Below, one piece after another: positions 38,523-48,961 of a stretch of 64,000 nucleotides of DNA (its first letter is position 1; the number at the start of each line of letters is the position of its first letter). The stretch lies in the IMG/VR virus record IMGVR_UViG_3300026488_000027, positions 2,131 through 66,130 of that record, one strand, 5' to 3'. The notes beneath the pieces were generated by a model, which saw only the letters and a program-made list of their open reading frames with translations, made no database searches and had not been told where the DNA came from. This DNA comes from a virus (Duplodnaviria; Caudoviricetes). The translations under genes were made by a program, and so were the position numbers.

Positions 38523-39087
38523 TTTTCAATCTCGCTATAGCTTTGCTAATATATGCATAAGCAGGAATGTGAACAACATGTTTGAGAACATAAGCGGGAA
38601 TTGTTAATCCACCTATCTTTCTGTATTGAATTATACCTCTTGTGAAATCAGTTTCGACTTGTCTATTTATTGGCCATGGAGTTCCTTTCGCTGGAACTCT
38701 AAGTCTTCTCCCCTTTGATCTGATAGTTCCACCAAATTCTAAGATAGCGGCTGCTGGATGGTTTGATACAACGCTTTGTTTCACATGAATATCAAATCCA
38801 TCTTCAGTTTTTTTCACTGACTTTTCAACATCAGTCATTGAAAATGAAGTGGCTAAGCTTTTTGTGTAATTATAATTCCATCCATGTCGTGTTGTATGTT
38901 TCATTTCACTAACAATCACAGCAATAATGTTGGCAAGTAACTTGTTTGAAATATTTGCAACAGATGTTTCTATTTGATTTGCCACATCATCAATAATTTC
39001 ATCAAGAACAATTCTTGAAAAGTTAGAAGGTGTAAATTCAGTTTTAGCCTTATGTTTTGATCTTATGGTAATTTTTAATCCATTCAT
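38512..39087 (-). CDS. Neck/tail completion protein (HK97 gp10/Mu gpG-like)
   Basis: AAILEFGGTI...VHIPAYAYI motif; position. Confidence 0.7.
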   Translation of the reverse strand: MNGLKITIRSKHKAKTEFTPSNFSRIVLDEIIDDVANQIETSVANISNKLLANIIAVIVSEMKHTTRHGWNYNYTKSLATSFSMTDVEKSVKKTEDGFDIHVKQSVVSNHPAAAILEFGGTIRSKGRRLRVPAKGTPWPINRQVETDFTRGIIQYRKIGGLTIPAYVLKHVVHIPAYAYISKAIARLKNEE

Positions 39088-39098
39088 TGAAATGAACC

Positions 39099-39674
39099 TT
39101 AAAAGATTTTATATAAGTCAAGAACAGACTTAATATTGGGTGGAATATCTTCTTTAGGGCCTATAAAGGTTACTGAAGCACCTTGACCAGCTTTCGTTAG
39201 AAGATCATATTCATTCTTTCTTATTTTATCATACTTATACACAACAAACTGACATGCAGCGTCTATAAGATCAGATGGTATTTCATTAGTTTCCCATCCA
39301 GCTTCATAGATAGCTTTTAGAACTTTTGGTGCTTCAGTTGGAATAAACGATAAATGAACAAATCCAGTTGAAAGATCAACAAAGTAATCTTTATTTTCAA
39401 TTAATTTTGTATCAGGCTCAAATTTTCTCGCTGGATCATAATAAAGTTCAAAATTGGAAATTGGAAAGTTAGATAGCATAAATGTGTTTCCAACATTACC
39501 ATCAATGTATTCTGTGACTTGCTTTCTTTCAATTACTCTACCACAATAGTTTTCAATAAATTTACAAACAGCATCACAAAGTCTGTTTATAAAGTCTTGT
39601 TCATCAGTAGAAAAGCTTGTTGCATTATCATAAGTTAGATATGGCTTGACCTTATCAAAGTCTACCCATGCCAT
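39099..39674 (-). CDS. Head-tail adaptor/connector
   Basis: IENYCGR, YEAGW..IPSDL, VLDLYK. Confidence 0.85.
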   Translation of the reverse strand: MAWVDFDKVKPYLTYDNATSFSTDEQDFINRLCDAVCKFIENYCGRVIERKQVTEYIDGNVGNTFMLSNFPISNFELYYDPARKFEPDTKLIENKDYFVDLSTGFVHLSFIPTEAPKVLKAIYEAGWETNEIPSDLIDAACQFVVYKYDKIRKNEYDLLTKAGQGASVTFIGPKEDIPPNIKSVLDLYKIF

Positions 39675-39886
39675 TACTTAGTCTTTTTCTTCTTTCTTAG
39701 TTTTTCTTCAGCATTTTCAGTCTTCATCTTCTTTTCTTTTATTTCAACCTTAACTTCTTCAAACCAATTAGGAAATGTTTTAATTAAATATTTACCCATA
39801 TCATCCTCTACATCAAAGATATTTCCTTTACCCTTAAGAACAACTTTGGTATTGGCATAAAAGTCTGTAAGAAGTTTGATCTTCAT
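39674..39886 (-). CDS. Small head-associated protein
   Basis: 70 aa downstream of capsid; GNIFDVEDD..YL motif and basic tail. Confidence 0.6.
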   Translation of the reverse strand: MKIKLLTDFYANTKVVLKGKGNIFDVEDDMGKYLIKTFPNWFEEVKVEIKEKKMKTENAEEKLRKKKKTK

Positions 39887-39920
39887 TGAAGCCTCCTAAT
39901 AGTCAGTTCCATAAGATTGA

Positions 39921-40235
39921 TTATGATAGATCTACATACTTCCATCCAGTTGCTTCACCAGTATATACATACAGACGATAACCTGGCGTAGTTGTATTTT
40001 CATCTATAGCGATTAGAAGTGTAGGCACAGAAGTTTCTGGTGGTGTGAATGTAGAAAATCCACCACCAAAATCACCAGAGATAACTTTGAAAGGCAGAAA
40101 ACCATGTGCATCTGTAAGTAAAGCTACGTTTGGTTCTGGTTGTTTACTTGTAAGTTTTCTAAAGTTGCCAGAAAGAAAATAATAAAACTCATTTTTATCT
40201 TTATCCACTTTGAAATGATTTATATAAAAATTCAT
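39921..40235 (-). CDS. Hypothetical virion protein
   Basis: GGAGGTG RBS; directly after the capsid gene. Confidence 0.6.
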   Translation of the reverse strand: MNFYINHFKVDKDKNEFYYFLSGNFRKLTSKQPEPNVALLTDAHGFLPFKVISGDFGGGFSTFTPPETSVPTLLIAIDENTTTPGYRLYVYTGEATGWKYVDLS

Positions 40236-40250
40236 TGTCACCTCCGACCG

Positions 40251-40287
40251 GTAAGATGGCTGGGGCCAATAAAGACCCCAGCCTTAC
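40251..40287 (-). terminator. Stem-loop downstream of the capsid gene
   Basis: GGCTGGGG / CCCCAGCC stem extended by GTAAG / CTTAC. Confidence 0.55.
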
Positions 40288-40294
40288 TTATCTA

Positions 40295-41632
40295 TTAAGG
40301 TTTAATGTTATAGATGAGACCAACTATGTTCTGTCCTTTCCAAGGAGTATTGAATGCGAGTCTGGTAGTGGCTACTACAACAGTCTGGTCGGTATCTATT
40401 TCCTTTCTGGAAGCTATCTTTACATCTCTTCTCTTACCAATCACAAATCCAGGTCTATAAACTATTGCAGCAACAGTTGTATCAGTTGTGGTTCCATCAT
40501 AAACACCAGAAGCATTGAGATCTTCTCTAACAAATGCAGAGGGAACAATAGGTATTCCAAAGATCTTACCAAGTTCACCATTAAATACAGTGGCCTGAGC
40601 ACCATATTTATCTCTGGTTATAACAAGAGGATTGCCAGCGCTGTCTTTGAGGTTGATAAGATCCTTGAGATAGACAGTTACTGAACAAACAAGAGCAAGC
40701 TCATTAGGATTCAGACCATACTTGCCCATAAGTGCTCTTGCATTGAGAATGTGATCACCATTAAGAGGAGATCCTGTTGCATCTACCTTAGCAGATCCAA
40801 GAGAAGCAACTTTTCTATAACCATCAAAAGCTTTTCTGGGATCGTTGGCAGCAGTCACATCAGAATCCATATGGGTGGCAGCAGTGTCACCATTTATTAT
40901 GGCAGTTTCAACAGCTTTGGCTATAGCAGTAACAAGTCTCTTTCTGGCAACATCAGCTATAGGTATGATGCTGTCCTCATTCAGTTCCTCAGAAATCCTT
41001 ATCTTAGCAGCTATCTTCTTAGCATCAAGTTCAAGATTGCTGGTCATGTTGGAAGAGCTTACATCGGCATCTATTTCGGTTCTGGTATTGGCAGTATTTT
41101 CAGCAACAAGATAACCCATTTCATCATGATAGACTATAGGATACCTATAGGGGTTGGTAGGCATATTGATCTGTTCATGCAGATCGGCAACAGCAAGCTG
41201 AACCATAACTTCTTCAAAGAAGGTTCTGGAAAGTCCAGTAGGAACAAAATCACCACCAGTTCCAGCACCAGTAGTAAATGCCTTAAATTCCTTTTCAAAT
41301 TCATTCATAAAGAGTTCATCAATCTTTTCTTCGGGAACAAATACTCTGAATGCCTGCTTAGCTATATACCAAGCATCATTGAACTGATGAATCTTCTTTA
41401 CAGTTTCATCATGAGCAGGCTGGCTGAGCAATTCCTTTATTTCGTAGTTTCCAGCTTCAGCTCCACCTATAAGAGCACCCTTTCTGACAGAAGCAACCTT
41501 GTCTTCAATTTCCTTAGCAAGTTTTTCTACAAGTTCCTTGGTTTCGGAAAGCTCCCTATCCTTGTTCTTCAAGAGATCAGTAGCTTCCTTGATAAGTTTG
41601 GTAAGTTCCTCAAATTTCTCCTTTGTAGCCAT
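40295..41632 (-). CDS. HK97-fold major capsid protein
   Basis: Coiled-coil delta domain, GGDFVP, ISEELNEDS, AIINGD, GKIFGIPIV. Confidence 0.95.
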   Translation of the reverse strand: MATKEKFEELTKLIKEATDLLKNKDRELSETKELVEKLAKEIEDKVASVRKGALIGGAEAGNYEIKELLSQPAHDETVKKIHQFNDAWYIAKQAFRVFVPEEKIDELFMNEFEKEFKAFTTGAGTGGDFVPTGLSRTFFEEVMVQLAVADLHEQINMPTNPYRYPIVYHDEMGYLVAENTANTRTEIDADVSSSNMTSNLELDAKKIAAKIRISEELNEDSIIPIADVARKRLVTAIAKAVETAIINGDTAATHMDSDVTAANDPRKAFDGYRKVASLGSAKVDATGSPLNGDHILNARALMGKYGLNPNELALVCSVTVYLKDLINLKDSAGNPLVITRDKYGAQATVFNGELGKIFGIPIVPSAFVREDLNASGVYDGTTTDTTVAAIVYRPGFVIGKRRDVKIASRKEIDTDQTVVVATTRLAFNTPWKGQNIVGLIYNIKP

Positions 41633-41654
41633 AACTATACCTCCTTCTAAAAAG

Positions 41655-42887
41655 TTATTTGTCTTCTTTCAAAGACTTAATTATGGATTTCAATTCAACT
41701 ATGGTTTCTTCCAAGATTTTCTCTTCTTCAACCTCTTCTTCCTTTATAGTCTTAGTCTCAATGGCTTCAGCAATCTTCTGATCAATTATTTCGTTAAGTT
41801 TGCTTTCCACTTCAGATATGAATTTCTTTCCAAGTTCATCAAATTTGTCATTGATAATGTCTTCGCACAAAGCAGAAATTTCCTCAGCATTCAAAACGCT
41901 CATTTTCTGCTCCATGTCTTCCTCCTCAGCCTGTTTCTGTCTATATATGTTATTGTCTTCATTAACATTATCACTTGTAATAGACTTTTCACGCTTCCAG
42001 GGAGGAACATCATTCCACTTCTTGTAATATGATTCAACCACTTTTTTAACCTTTTCCTTATCAGCTTCAGGAATATTTACTCCACCTCTTGCACCCTGCA
42101 GAACAGCAGCTATTGTCATGATTGCTCTCTTACATGCATGAGGCTTACCATCAACTATATAAACAAAAGGAAGCTTATAAGCTGTAAGTTCCTCTTTTCT
42201 GTCTTTATCATACCACATGAAACATTTCTTATACTTATCAAAATTGATCTTATCTGGATCACCAGAACCATCAGATGAAGCCCATTTTCTGCACTGTTCA
42301 ATAGCAACTCTTTTATCCCAAGGTTTATCTATTATTGGAAGATTCTTAAATGGCTCAACAGCTTTTTCTTCCTTATTGTGTCCATATTTAACATTCAAAA
42401 TTTTTCCATCAGTTGAAACTTCAAAAATGGCTTCATGGTTTGCGGGAACGGTAACAACAGAAATTTCATGCAGATCAAGTTCTTTTATTACTCTTATACC
42501 ATCCTTAGTCCATTCTTCACCACCTTCAGGAATGGAAAATCCAATGGAGAAGGTTTTAACTATTCCCTGTTCTATCATTTTCCATACAGTGTCAGCAGGT
42601 TCAAATCCCTGACCTATCTTGGCTCTTATCCACAAACCTTTGTCAGTTATCTTATAGCCAATAACAGTTCCTATTGGTTGGTTCAAATCATGATTGAACA
42701 ACAAAGTAGCTATTTTCATAAAAGTATTCATTGTTTTTTCAAAAGCTTTAGGTTCTACAATGTCTTTCACTCGGTCAACAACATTAGTAGAAGCAAATCC
42801 TTCAATAATTCTTTCCTTCTTGTCAACAGTTTTTATCTCCCAAGAATCATTAGACATTATAAAACCTTTTACATATCTCACTCCCAT
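41655..42887 (-). CDS. HK97-family prohead protease with extra C-terminal domain
   Basis: IEGFAST..DRVKD, LLFNH, FSIGF, EISVVTVPAN; followed by a WD..W..YKLPF domain and acidic tail. Confidence 0.92.
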   Translation of the reverse strand: MGVRYVKGFIMSNDSWEIKTVDKKERIIEGFASTNVVDRVKDIVEPKAFEKTMNTFMKIATLLFNHDLNQPIGTVIGYKITDKGLWIRAKIGQGFEPADTVWKMIEQGIVKTFSIGFSIPEGGEEWTKDGIRVIKELDLHEISVVTVPANHEAIFEVSTDGKILNVKYGHNKEEKAVEPFKNLPIIDKPWDKRVAIEQCRKWASSDGSGDPDKINFDKYKKCFMWYDKDRKEELTAYKLPFVYIVDGKPHACKRAIMTIAAVLQGARGGVNIPEADKEKVKKVVESYYKKWNDVPPWKREKSITSDNVNEDNNIYRQKQAEEEDMEQKMSVLNAEEISALCEDIINDKFDELGKKFISEVESKLNEIIDQKIAEAIETKTIKEEEVEEEKILEETIVELKSIIKSLKEDK

Positions 42888-42923
42888 GACTATCCTCCTT
42901 TTGTCTTCAAAAGTTATATGTTT

Positions 42924-43772
42924 CTAACAACTTGAAAGTCCTAATTCTTCTTCGGTGGATAAATATGGTTTGACATAATCAGCATACTTTCCAAAATCTA
43001 CTCTTCCCTCATAGTTGATTATTTTTACTTCACCAAATTTTTCTAAGGCATGATTGAATCTTGTTATTGTTTGTTCATTCCATACATATCCAAATTCAGG
43101 TGGCATATTTTTGTAATCAATTATTAATTTCACTTTCTTTAGATCTTTGTGAGCTGCATCAAGAATTTTGAAACAATATCTTATCCAGTATGATTTCTTG
43201 GAAACGATAAATGGGAAAATGTAGAACCGAATGTATTCCCCATTTTCTACAACACATTTATGATTACAGCAGTATTTTTCATGTTTTTCGTAATAGATGC
43301 AATGTTCTTCTCCACATGCCTTACACATTATATTTTCACAATTCAAATGTATCCCAGATAAAATCAACTTGGCACTTTTCATAAATGTTCCTGTATTATC
43401 ATAGAATTTTTCAAAGTCATAATTGATAAATTCCTTTATTAGAGGTCTAAGCATAACATAAGCAAGCATTTTGGCTCTAACATCCACATCTTGAATTCTT
43501 GGTATTAGTTTGTAAATACATTTGGTTGAAACATTCCGTTCAAAATACTTATTAACAAGTATGTATTCACCTATTGAAATCACAAACTTATACAGTTTCT
43601 TATAGCAAGGACAAATCTTTCTGTCCTCTTCTATATCTATCTTGTTTTTGTAAAATTCCAGTTCGAAAATGGCTGTAATTAACTTTTCAAATCTTTTAGC
43701 CTCTTTTAAATCAATTTTCAGATCAAATTCAAGTATCTTTTGTAGTATGTTTTCTTCATTTAGACATACCAT
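42924..43772 (-). CDS. Hypothetical Cys-rich protein in the head module
   Basis: 282 aa; CKACGEEHC...CCNHKC cluster. Confidence 0.7.
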   Translation of the reverse strand: MVCLNEENILQKILEFDLKIDLKEAKRFEKLITAIFELEFYKNKIDIEEDRKICPCYKKLYKFVISIGEYILVNKYFERNVSTKCIYKLIPRIQDVDVRAKMLAYVMLRPLIKEFINYDFEKFYDNTGTFMKSAKLILSGIHLNCENIMCKACGEEHCIYYEKHEKYCCNHKCVVENGEYIRFYIFPFIVSKKSYWIRYCFKILDAAHKDLKKVKLIIDYKNMPPEFGYVWNEQTITRFNHALEKFGEVKIINYEGRVDFGKYADYVKPYLSTEEELGLSSC

Positions 43773-44201
43773 CTAAATATCTCCATCCTTATTCAGCTTT
43801 GCGAAAATGAACAACACCTTATCAATCGTTGAAGAGAGCATTTCAACCTTGTGTAGAATTTCCTCAAATTTGAGTTTCATATCAGAAGTTGCATCGTCAC
43901 TTGATTTTGAAAATTTATCAATTGAAGCTAAGATCGTTCTCATTGTTTCAACTACGCTTTGCAGATCTTTGTTAATTATTTTCAGTGATGATACAATATC
44001 ATCAACCTTATCATCAAAAACATCTTGGCGAGTTCTAAAGTTGTCAAAATCATGTTTTAATCTATAATAGCACCTATCCTTTTCCCTTCTTTGTGTATCT
44101 CTCCACACAATAAAGAAAACACCAAGGGCAGTTATCAAAGTAAGAGTTTCAGTTAAACCATGTGTAGATGCAAAATCAAGAAATTTTATTAGTGCGTCCA
44201 T
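43773..44201 (-). CDS. Single-TM coiled-coil protein (holin-like)
   Basis: N-terminal hydrophobic helix followed by heptad repeats. Confidence 0.5.
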   Translation of the reverse strand: MDALIKFLDFASTHGLTETLTLITALGVFFIVWRDTQRREKDRCYYRLKHDFDNFRTRQDVFDDKVDDIVSSLKIINKDLQSVVETMRTILASIDKFSKSSDDATSDMKLKFEEILHKVEMLSSTIDKVLFIFAKLNKDGDI

Positions 44202-44207
44202 TACTTA

Positions 44208-46289
44208 TCACCTCTGATGAAAAGTTAACCAGCAACGGCAATTAATTGAAAGATTTGCAGGCAAACTCTTGTCTCCTGGATGATCTGCTTTATAACCACC
44301 AACATCAAATTTTTCATCTATGGGAATTTTCTTTCCATCAAGAGCAGCATGTTCAGGACGAGTTTTTTCATCAAGAACACAATTCCACTTCTTCATTTTG
44401 TAACCAGCTTCTTTATGTATTTCAAGATTAATTCTATTCAGCAGATAAGTTGTTTCTGTTCTTGCTATCAATCGTATTCTTTGTCCAACAACATCATTAA
44501 CAAGCTTGTTATAAACATGATCAATTGCGTGTTCTAAAGATTGCTCACTTTGAATAGCTTTTGTTATATGATTTATAAGTTGTTTTCTTGTAGTTTCATC
44601 AATAATATCAGTAATTTGATAAGCCCAGTCCGTTATAATCTTTCTTATATTCTTAGGAAGTTCTCCTGTTAAAACAGAAAGATCAGGATTGATTTGTCTT
44701 TTTATGTCAAAGTAGAGTCTTTCTGCAATTGACATGAATTTTTCCACAATTTCTTCAGCAGTTAGAGTTCTTGCATATCTAAGTGCTGCATTAATTTCCT
44801 TTTCAAGTTTCGACTCTGAAACTATTATCATAGCTGAAATGGAAGAGAGCAATTTTTCTTTAAATCTATCCTTTTGCTGGCTATAATATTTTGGCAATTC
44901 ATTAATGAAATAGTTTTCTACCACAGAATGAATTAATAGCCAGTCTGCTTCAGATTGATAAACGGTTTTTGTTTCAAAGAATTTTGCTGAATTGTCTGCT
45001 GCCTCACTGTCTGGTTTAAGTGTTTGATCTGGATTTCCTTCTTCGTTTTCAGGTTTTCTACCAGGTTCAACAGGGGTCATATTAAGAGGCAGCAAGAATT
45101 CATCACCACCTTCAACAGGTGGAAGATCAAAGAAGTGAACTCTAACTTCATTTCTGGTCATTACACCTCTATCCATAAGGATACCAGCAACTCTTGCTCT
45201 GACCAGCTTATTTTCCTTCAGCGCTTCAACACCACTGTAATCAAGAACGAATTTTAAGTTTTCATTTTTAACTATCTTATGCAGATTGAAATTGATTGTA
45301 TCTTCAAGGTCTTTTGCAAGGGGAATAATTGTATCTTCCCAGAAAGATCGTCTTGCTTGTTCCATTCCAGAATAGTTTGCCTGTCTTAAACCAAGAACTT
45401 CAGGAGGAACTTTGAATACTGCTAAGATAGCATATAGTGCTTTCTCATGTGCCTCAATAGCCTGCATATCTTTAGGAACAACATTGATTGGTCTGAATTT
45501 CAATCCTTTTTCAAGAATTGGTATTTTGAATGCATTTGAACTACTTGCGTAAAATTGCGCCCATCTGTTTTCAAGATAGGTTTTCATTTCTTTTGTCAGA
45601 ATATTATCAGTTTCAAGAACTCCTCTAAGATGAGTTCCATATTTGAAATATTTATTCAAGATATCTAAACTTTCTTGTAGTGTTTCAACTGGCAAGTCAA
45701 GAGAAGCCATAGGAGATAATCCATACAAATCGTCAAATGGATTTTGATATTTGAAGTGTATTATTTCATCTTGTTCATAAATTATTTCTTTACCATTAGG
45801 AAGTCTGTAGACATACTTGAAGGAATTTGGCCCATCTTGTTTAATAAACATTCTGTGTGGTTGAAGTAAATATATTGATAAAACTTTGCCAGTTTTTGTT
45901 TTGTTCAATTCCCAATAAGCATTTCCAGTCAATTCTAAACTTTCAACTGTGCCTTCAAGCAATATTCTAAAACTGTAATATGGATTAGGCTTCCTTATCA
46001 GTTTATAAAGTTCATTATTATAATCAACAAAGCTTTCTCCATCAGATGTTATCCGCAATGTTTTTGGCTCAAGTGTTTTTATTGCCGTGGCCTTCTTGTT
46101 AATACAAGCATAAATGTAGGGAGTTGCAATGAAACTTTCTACAAATGAACCAAAATCATAAGGTTTTACTTTCTTTCGCTTTCTTCCAGCAACATAAGGA
46201 TAGAATTCCTGAGAATAAAATCTATCTAATTCTTCAACCGATTCATTATTTGGTTTCTTCGCTTTTCTTCTAAAAAGTTTCCATATCAT
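44208..46289 (-). CDS. HK97-family portal protein fused to a MuF (SPP1 gp7-like) domain
   Basis: LTGNAYW, IIHFK, YGLSP, FKVPP, MTRNEVR; C-terminal IARTET, KTRPEH, INCRC. Confidence 0.92.
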   Translation of the reverse strand: MIWKLFRRKAKKPNNESVEELDRFYSQEFYPYVAGRKRKKVKPYDFGSFVESFIATPYIYACINKKATAIKTLEPKTLRITSDGESFVDYNNELYKLIRKPNPYYSFRILLEGTVESLELTGNAYWELNKTKTGKVLSIYLLQPHRMFIKQDGPNSFKYVYRLPNGKEIIYEQDEIIHFKYQNPFDDLYGLSPMASLDLPVETLQESLDILNKYFKYGTHLRGVLETDNILTKEMKTYLENRWAQFYASSSNAFKIPILEKGLKFRPINVVPKDMQAIEAHEKALYAILAVFKVPPEVLGLRQANYSGMEQARRSFWEDTIIPLAKDLEDTINFNLHKIVKNENLKFVLDYSGVEALKENKLVRARVAGILMDRGVMTRNEVRVHFFDLPPVEGGDEFLLPLNMTPVEPGRKPENEEGNPDQTLKPDSEAADNSAKFFETKTVYQSEADWLLIHSVVENYFINELPKYYSQQKDRFKEKLLSSISAMIIVSESKLEKEINAALRYARTLTAEEIVEKFMSIAERLYFDIKRQINPDLSVLTGELPKNIRKIITDWAYQITDIIDETTRKQLINHITKAIQSEQSLEHAIDHVYNKLVNDVVGQRIRLIARTETTYLLNRINLEIHKEAGYKMKKWNCVLDEKTRPEHAALDGKKIPIDEKFDVGGYKADHPGDKSLPANLSINCRCWLTFHQR

Positions 46290-46309
46290 ATACTTTCTCC
46301 TTTATGTTT

Positions 46310-48961
46310 TCACAAATATATGCTAAAAGTTTCATCTTGATCAATAAATTCCTCTTCATCAAGTTTTATATCAATAAAGCTAATATTGACAGTATCAGAA
46401 CCTACTATTTCTCTTGCAGCTTCTCTTGCAAAGAAAGATGCCATTACCGTATCAGAAAACTTAGAATGTGGAAAGGTTTTCAATTCTTCCAACCAGACAC
46501 AAAGAGAACAATCACAACCATCTGGATGTTCATCCTTCATAGGGATTCTCCACAATCCTTTTTCAAATTCAGCAGCCATTGATGGAAGTCCTTTTTCAGG
46601 GTCAAACTTTTGGTTTCCTGTTCTATAACCTTCAATAGGTAAATCAACAGAACCACTTATAGCATTTATCCAGTCAATTAAGGCTTGCTGGTAAGCATTG
46701 TTCTCAATCTTGATTATCTTATGTTTAAACCTTTCATATTCATTCAGTATCATTTTCGCTGTTGTAACACTATCCCATCGTCCTATCTTAATAGAAACAG
46801 GAATTCTATGTCCTTTTTCATCCATAGCTAAAGTAAAAATAACATTTCTTGCACTTTGTTTAGTTCTGCCAGCAGCTAAATCTACTCCCATCACATAGAT
46901 CCAGTTGTCTTTTGTTTCACCAAAGCTTAATGTGAAATCATAACATCGTTCTATTGCATTTCTATTAAATACGAAGTCTCTATCTGAAGCTACTTTACCT
47001 TGATATGCTCTTGCAAAGGCTGTTGGGCCAATTTCTTCAAGTTTCTTTTTCAATGCTTCTCTATCCATCCATTCAGGCCAGATAGGAGTAAGTTTATCAT
47101 CAACAATATATTCAACAACTTCATACAAATCAGTTCTTTCTTTGAGCTTCAATGAAAGTTCTCCTTCCTTGTATGGAGTAAATATGTAGATAAACCAGCC
47201 ACCTGGTGAATCCAGAACATTCATCCATGTGTTATAAAATGCTTCTTCCACTTTTTTTAAGTTTTCTGGATAAACAAGAGCGTTCCTTTGACCAATTATA
47301 TCATCAAACACAATCAAATCACAATTCGAAAGGGTTAGGAATGGACAGCAGAATGAATGACCATTCTTCACTTGTATATCATACACTATTCCATCATACT
47401 CTTTTTCTTCTATCTTTCTTATGGGTATATAATAAAACAAATCATCACTCTTCCATCTTGTAGGCTTATAGTTGTGTTTCTTATCTTTGAATAATAGATC
47501 AGTAAGAAATCTTTCTTCTGATTTAAAGGACAATCTTATATTGAAGACTTGCTTACTGTTGATCTTTCTACCTTGTATAAACTGTTTTTTTCTCTCAGAT
47601 CTAACAATGGATGGTAAACAATCAAAATCACTCACAAGCAAAGGTAACATGGTTGCAATATGCTGAGATGATGTGGTGATATTAATCTTATTTCTTACTT
47701 TACAACCATCTCCTCTTATATATCCTTTCAAGAACTCATATTTATTTTTCTTTGAAGCTGAAATCACCCAAGTTGGTAATATTTTATTTGGCGCTTTGTG
47801 CCCAAAAGTTGTTAGCAACTGCCAAATGAATTTGTCATGAAAAACTACCTGTGTGGTTGTTTGAGTTTGATATATTTTAGCTCTAATTCCAAATTTATTT
47901 AAGATCGAAACAACATCATTGATATAGTCTTGTTCGTGTTTTCCAAATGACAAAATCACTCTATAACCATTCTTTTTACCAACCATCTCTACATCTGTTC
48001 CATTTTCTATCCAATTAGCCAAACATCCTTCAGCTAAGTAATATCCAAGAAATCTCCAGAAATCTGTATCATAATATAACTTTTCAAATTGTCTTTGTCT
48101 TTCCTTATTTGAAAAGACTTTGTGTGTTCCAACAAATCTTGCTTTTGGAAAAGCAAGCATATATTTCTTCGGATTTTGTGCTATTTTTTCAGCTTCAACC
48201 CATTCTACTTTTGGGATGTTGTTTTCAATATATCTAACCAGAATTTTGTGATTTGAAGTTACTTTAACTGTAGCAAAATTTTGCATTGCTGATTGTATAT
48301 GATATACCTTACCTTTGTAGTGATGATTCATTGTAGCAATAACTCTTTCAAATTTTCCTGTTATACTGAAGACAAAATCTCCTTTCTTAATTTCTTCTAT
48401 TGGTTTTAGTCCTTTACTTGTAATAATTGGTGTTCCTTCAACAACACAGTGTGACCCTGTTGCTGCTGATAGCACGCCATAAGCTTCTACTGATGGGTCT
48501 GGTGAAATTAATTCTCTTTCAACATAAAGTTGTTGCGAAGACCAACTTTCTGTGTCAGCAGGTTTTAGATGTGGATACAATTGTCTAAGTCTTGGATTTC
48601 TCTCAAGATGTGTTTTCAAGAACTTAATTCTCTGCCTGGCCATTTGTTCACTTTCACAAACTATCTTAATTCGTAAATTAGGATTTTCACCAAGCAATGT
48701 GAGGATATATCCGAGAACAATGGTTGTTTTCGAGTGATTTCTGGCAAACTGTATTATAACTCCTTCTTTAGCTTCTTTTGGATCAAGCTTGCCAAGCTTA
48801 ACTAACTCCTTTTGCATTCTCACTTTTTCACATGCTTTGATGACAGCCTTATGTGGTTCTCCATAAGGAATAAAGTTCGGTATTCCCCATGAAAGGATAT
48901 ATTCTATGGCTGCAAGTTTATTTGAACGGATTTTTTGAAGTAGAAGTTTTTTGTTACTCAC
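46310..48961 (-). CDS. terL: Terminase large subunit interrupted by an intein
   Basis: ARNHSKTT Walker A, LIVFDD Walker B, MGVDLA nuclease, DTVMAS. Confidence 0.93.
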   Translation of the reverse strand: MSNKKLLLQKIRSNKLAAIEYILSWGIPNFIPYGEPHKAVIKACEKVRMQKELVKLGKLDPKEAKEGVIIQFARNHSKTTIVLGYILTLLGENPNLRIKIVCESEQMARQRIKFLKTHLERNPRLRQLYPHLKPADTESWSSQQLYVERELISPDPSVEAYGVLSAATGSHCVVEGTPIITSKGLKPIEEIKKGDFVFSITGKFERVIATMNHHYKGKVYHIQSAMQNFATVKVTSNHKILVRYIENNIPKVEWVEAEKIAQNPKKYMLAFPKARFVGTHKVFSNKERQRQFEKLYYDTDFWRFLGYYLAEGCLANWIENGTDVEMVGKKNGYRVILSFGKHEQDYINDVVSILNKFGIRAKIYQTQTTTQVVFHDKFIWQLLTTFGHKAPNKILPTWVISASKKNKYEFLKGYIRGDGCKVRNKINITTSSQHIATMLPLLVSDFDCLPSIVRSERKKQFIQGRKINSKQVFNIRLSFKSEERFLTDLLFKDKKHNYKPTRWKSDDLFYYIPIRKIEEKEYDGIVYDIQVKNGHSFCCPFLTLSNCDLIVFDDIIGQRNALVYPENLKKVEEAFYNTWMNVLDSPGGWFIYIFTPYKEGELSLKLKERTDLYEVVEYIVDDKLTPIWPEWMDREALKKKLEEIGPTAFARAYQGKVASDRDFVFNRNAIERCYDFTLSFGETKDNWIYVMGVDLAAGRTKQSARNVIFTLAMDEKGHRIPVSIKIGRWDSVTTAKMILNEYERFKHKIIKIENNAYQQALIDWINAISGSVDLPIEGYRTGNQKFDPEKGLPSMAAEFEKGLWRIPMKDEHPDGCDCSLCVWLEELKTFPHSKFSDTVMASFFAREAAREIVGSDTVNISFIDIKLDEEEFIDQDETFSIYL
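47324..48448 (-). mobile_element. Intein (375 aa) with LAGLIDADG homing endonuclease
   Basis: H|CVVEGTPIIT..., VTSNHK block B, LGYYLAEG and LKGYIRGDG, VYDIQV..HSF...LSN|C. Confidence 0.92.

Noticed and set aside
40235-42935. Long plus-strand ORFs such as 40751..41650 and 41499..42032
   Set aside because: Antisense shadows of the capsid and protease genes, with Ser/Ile/Phe-biased composition
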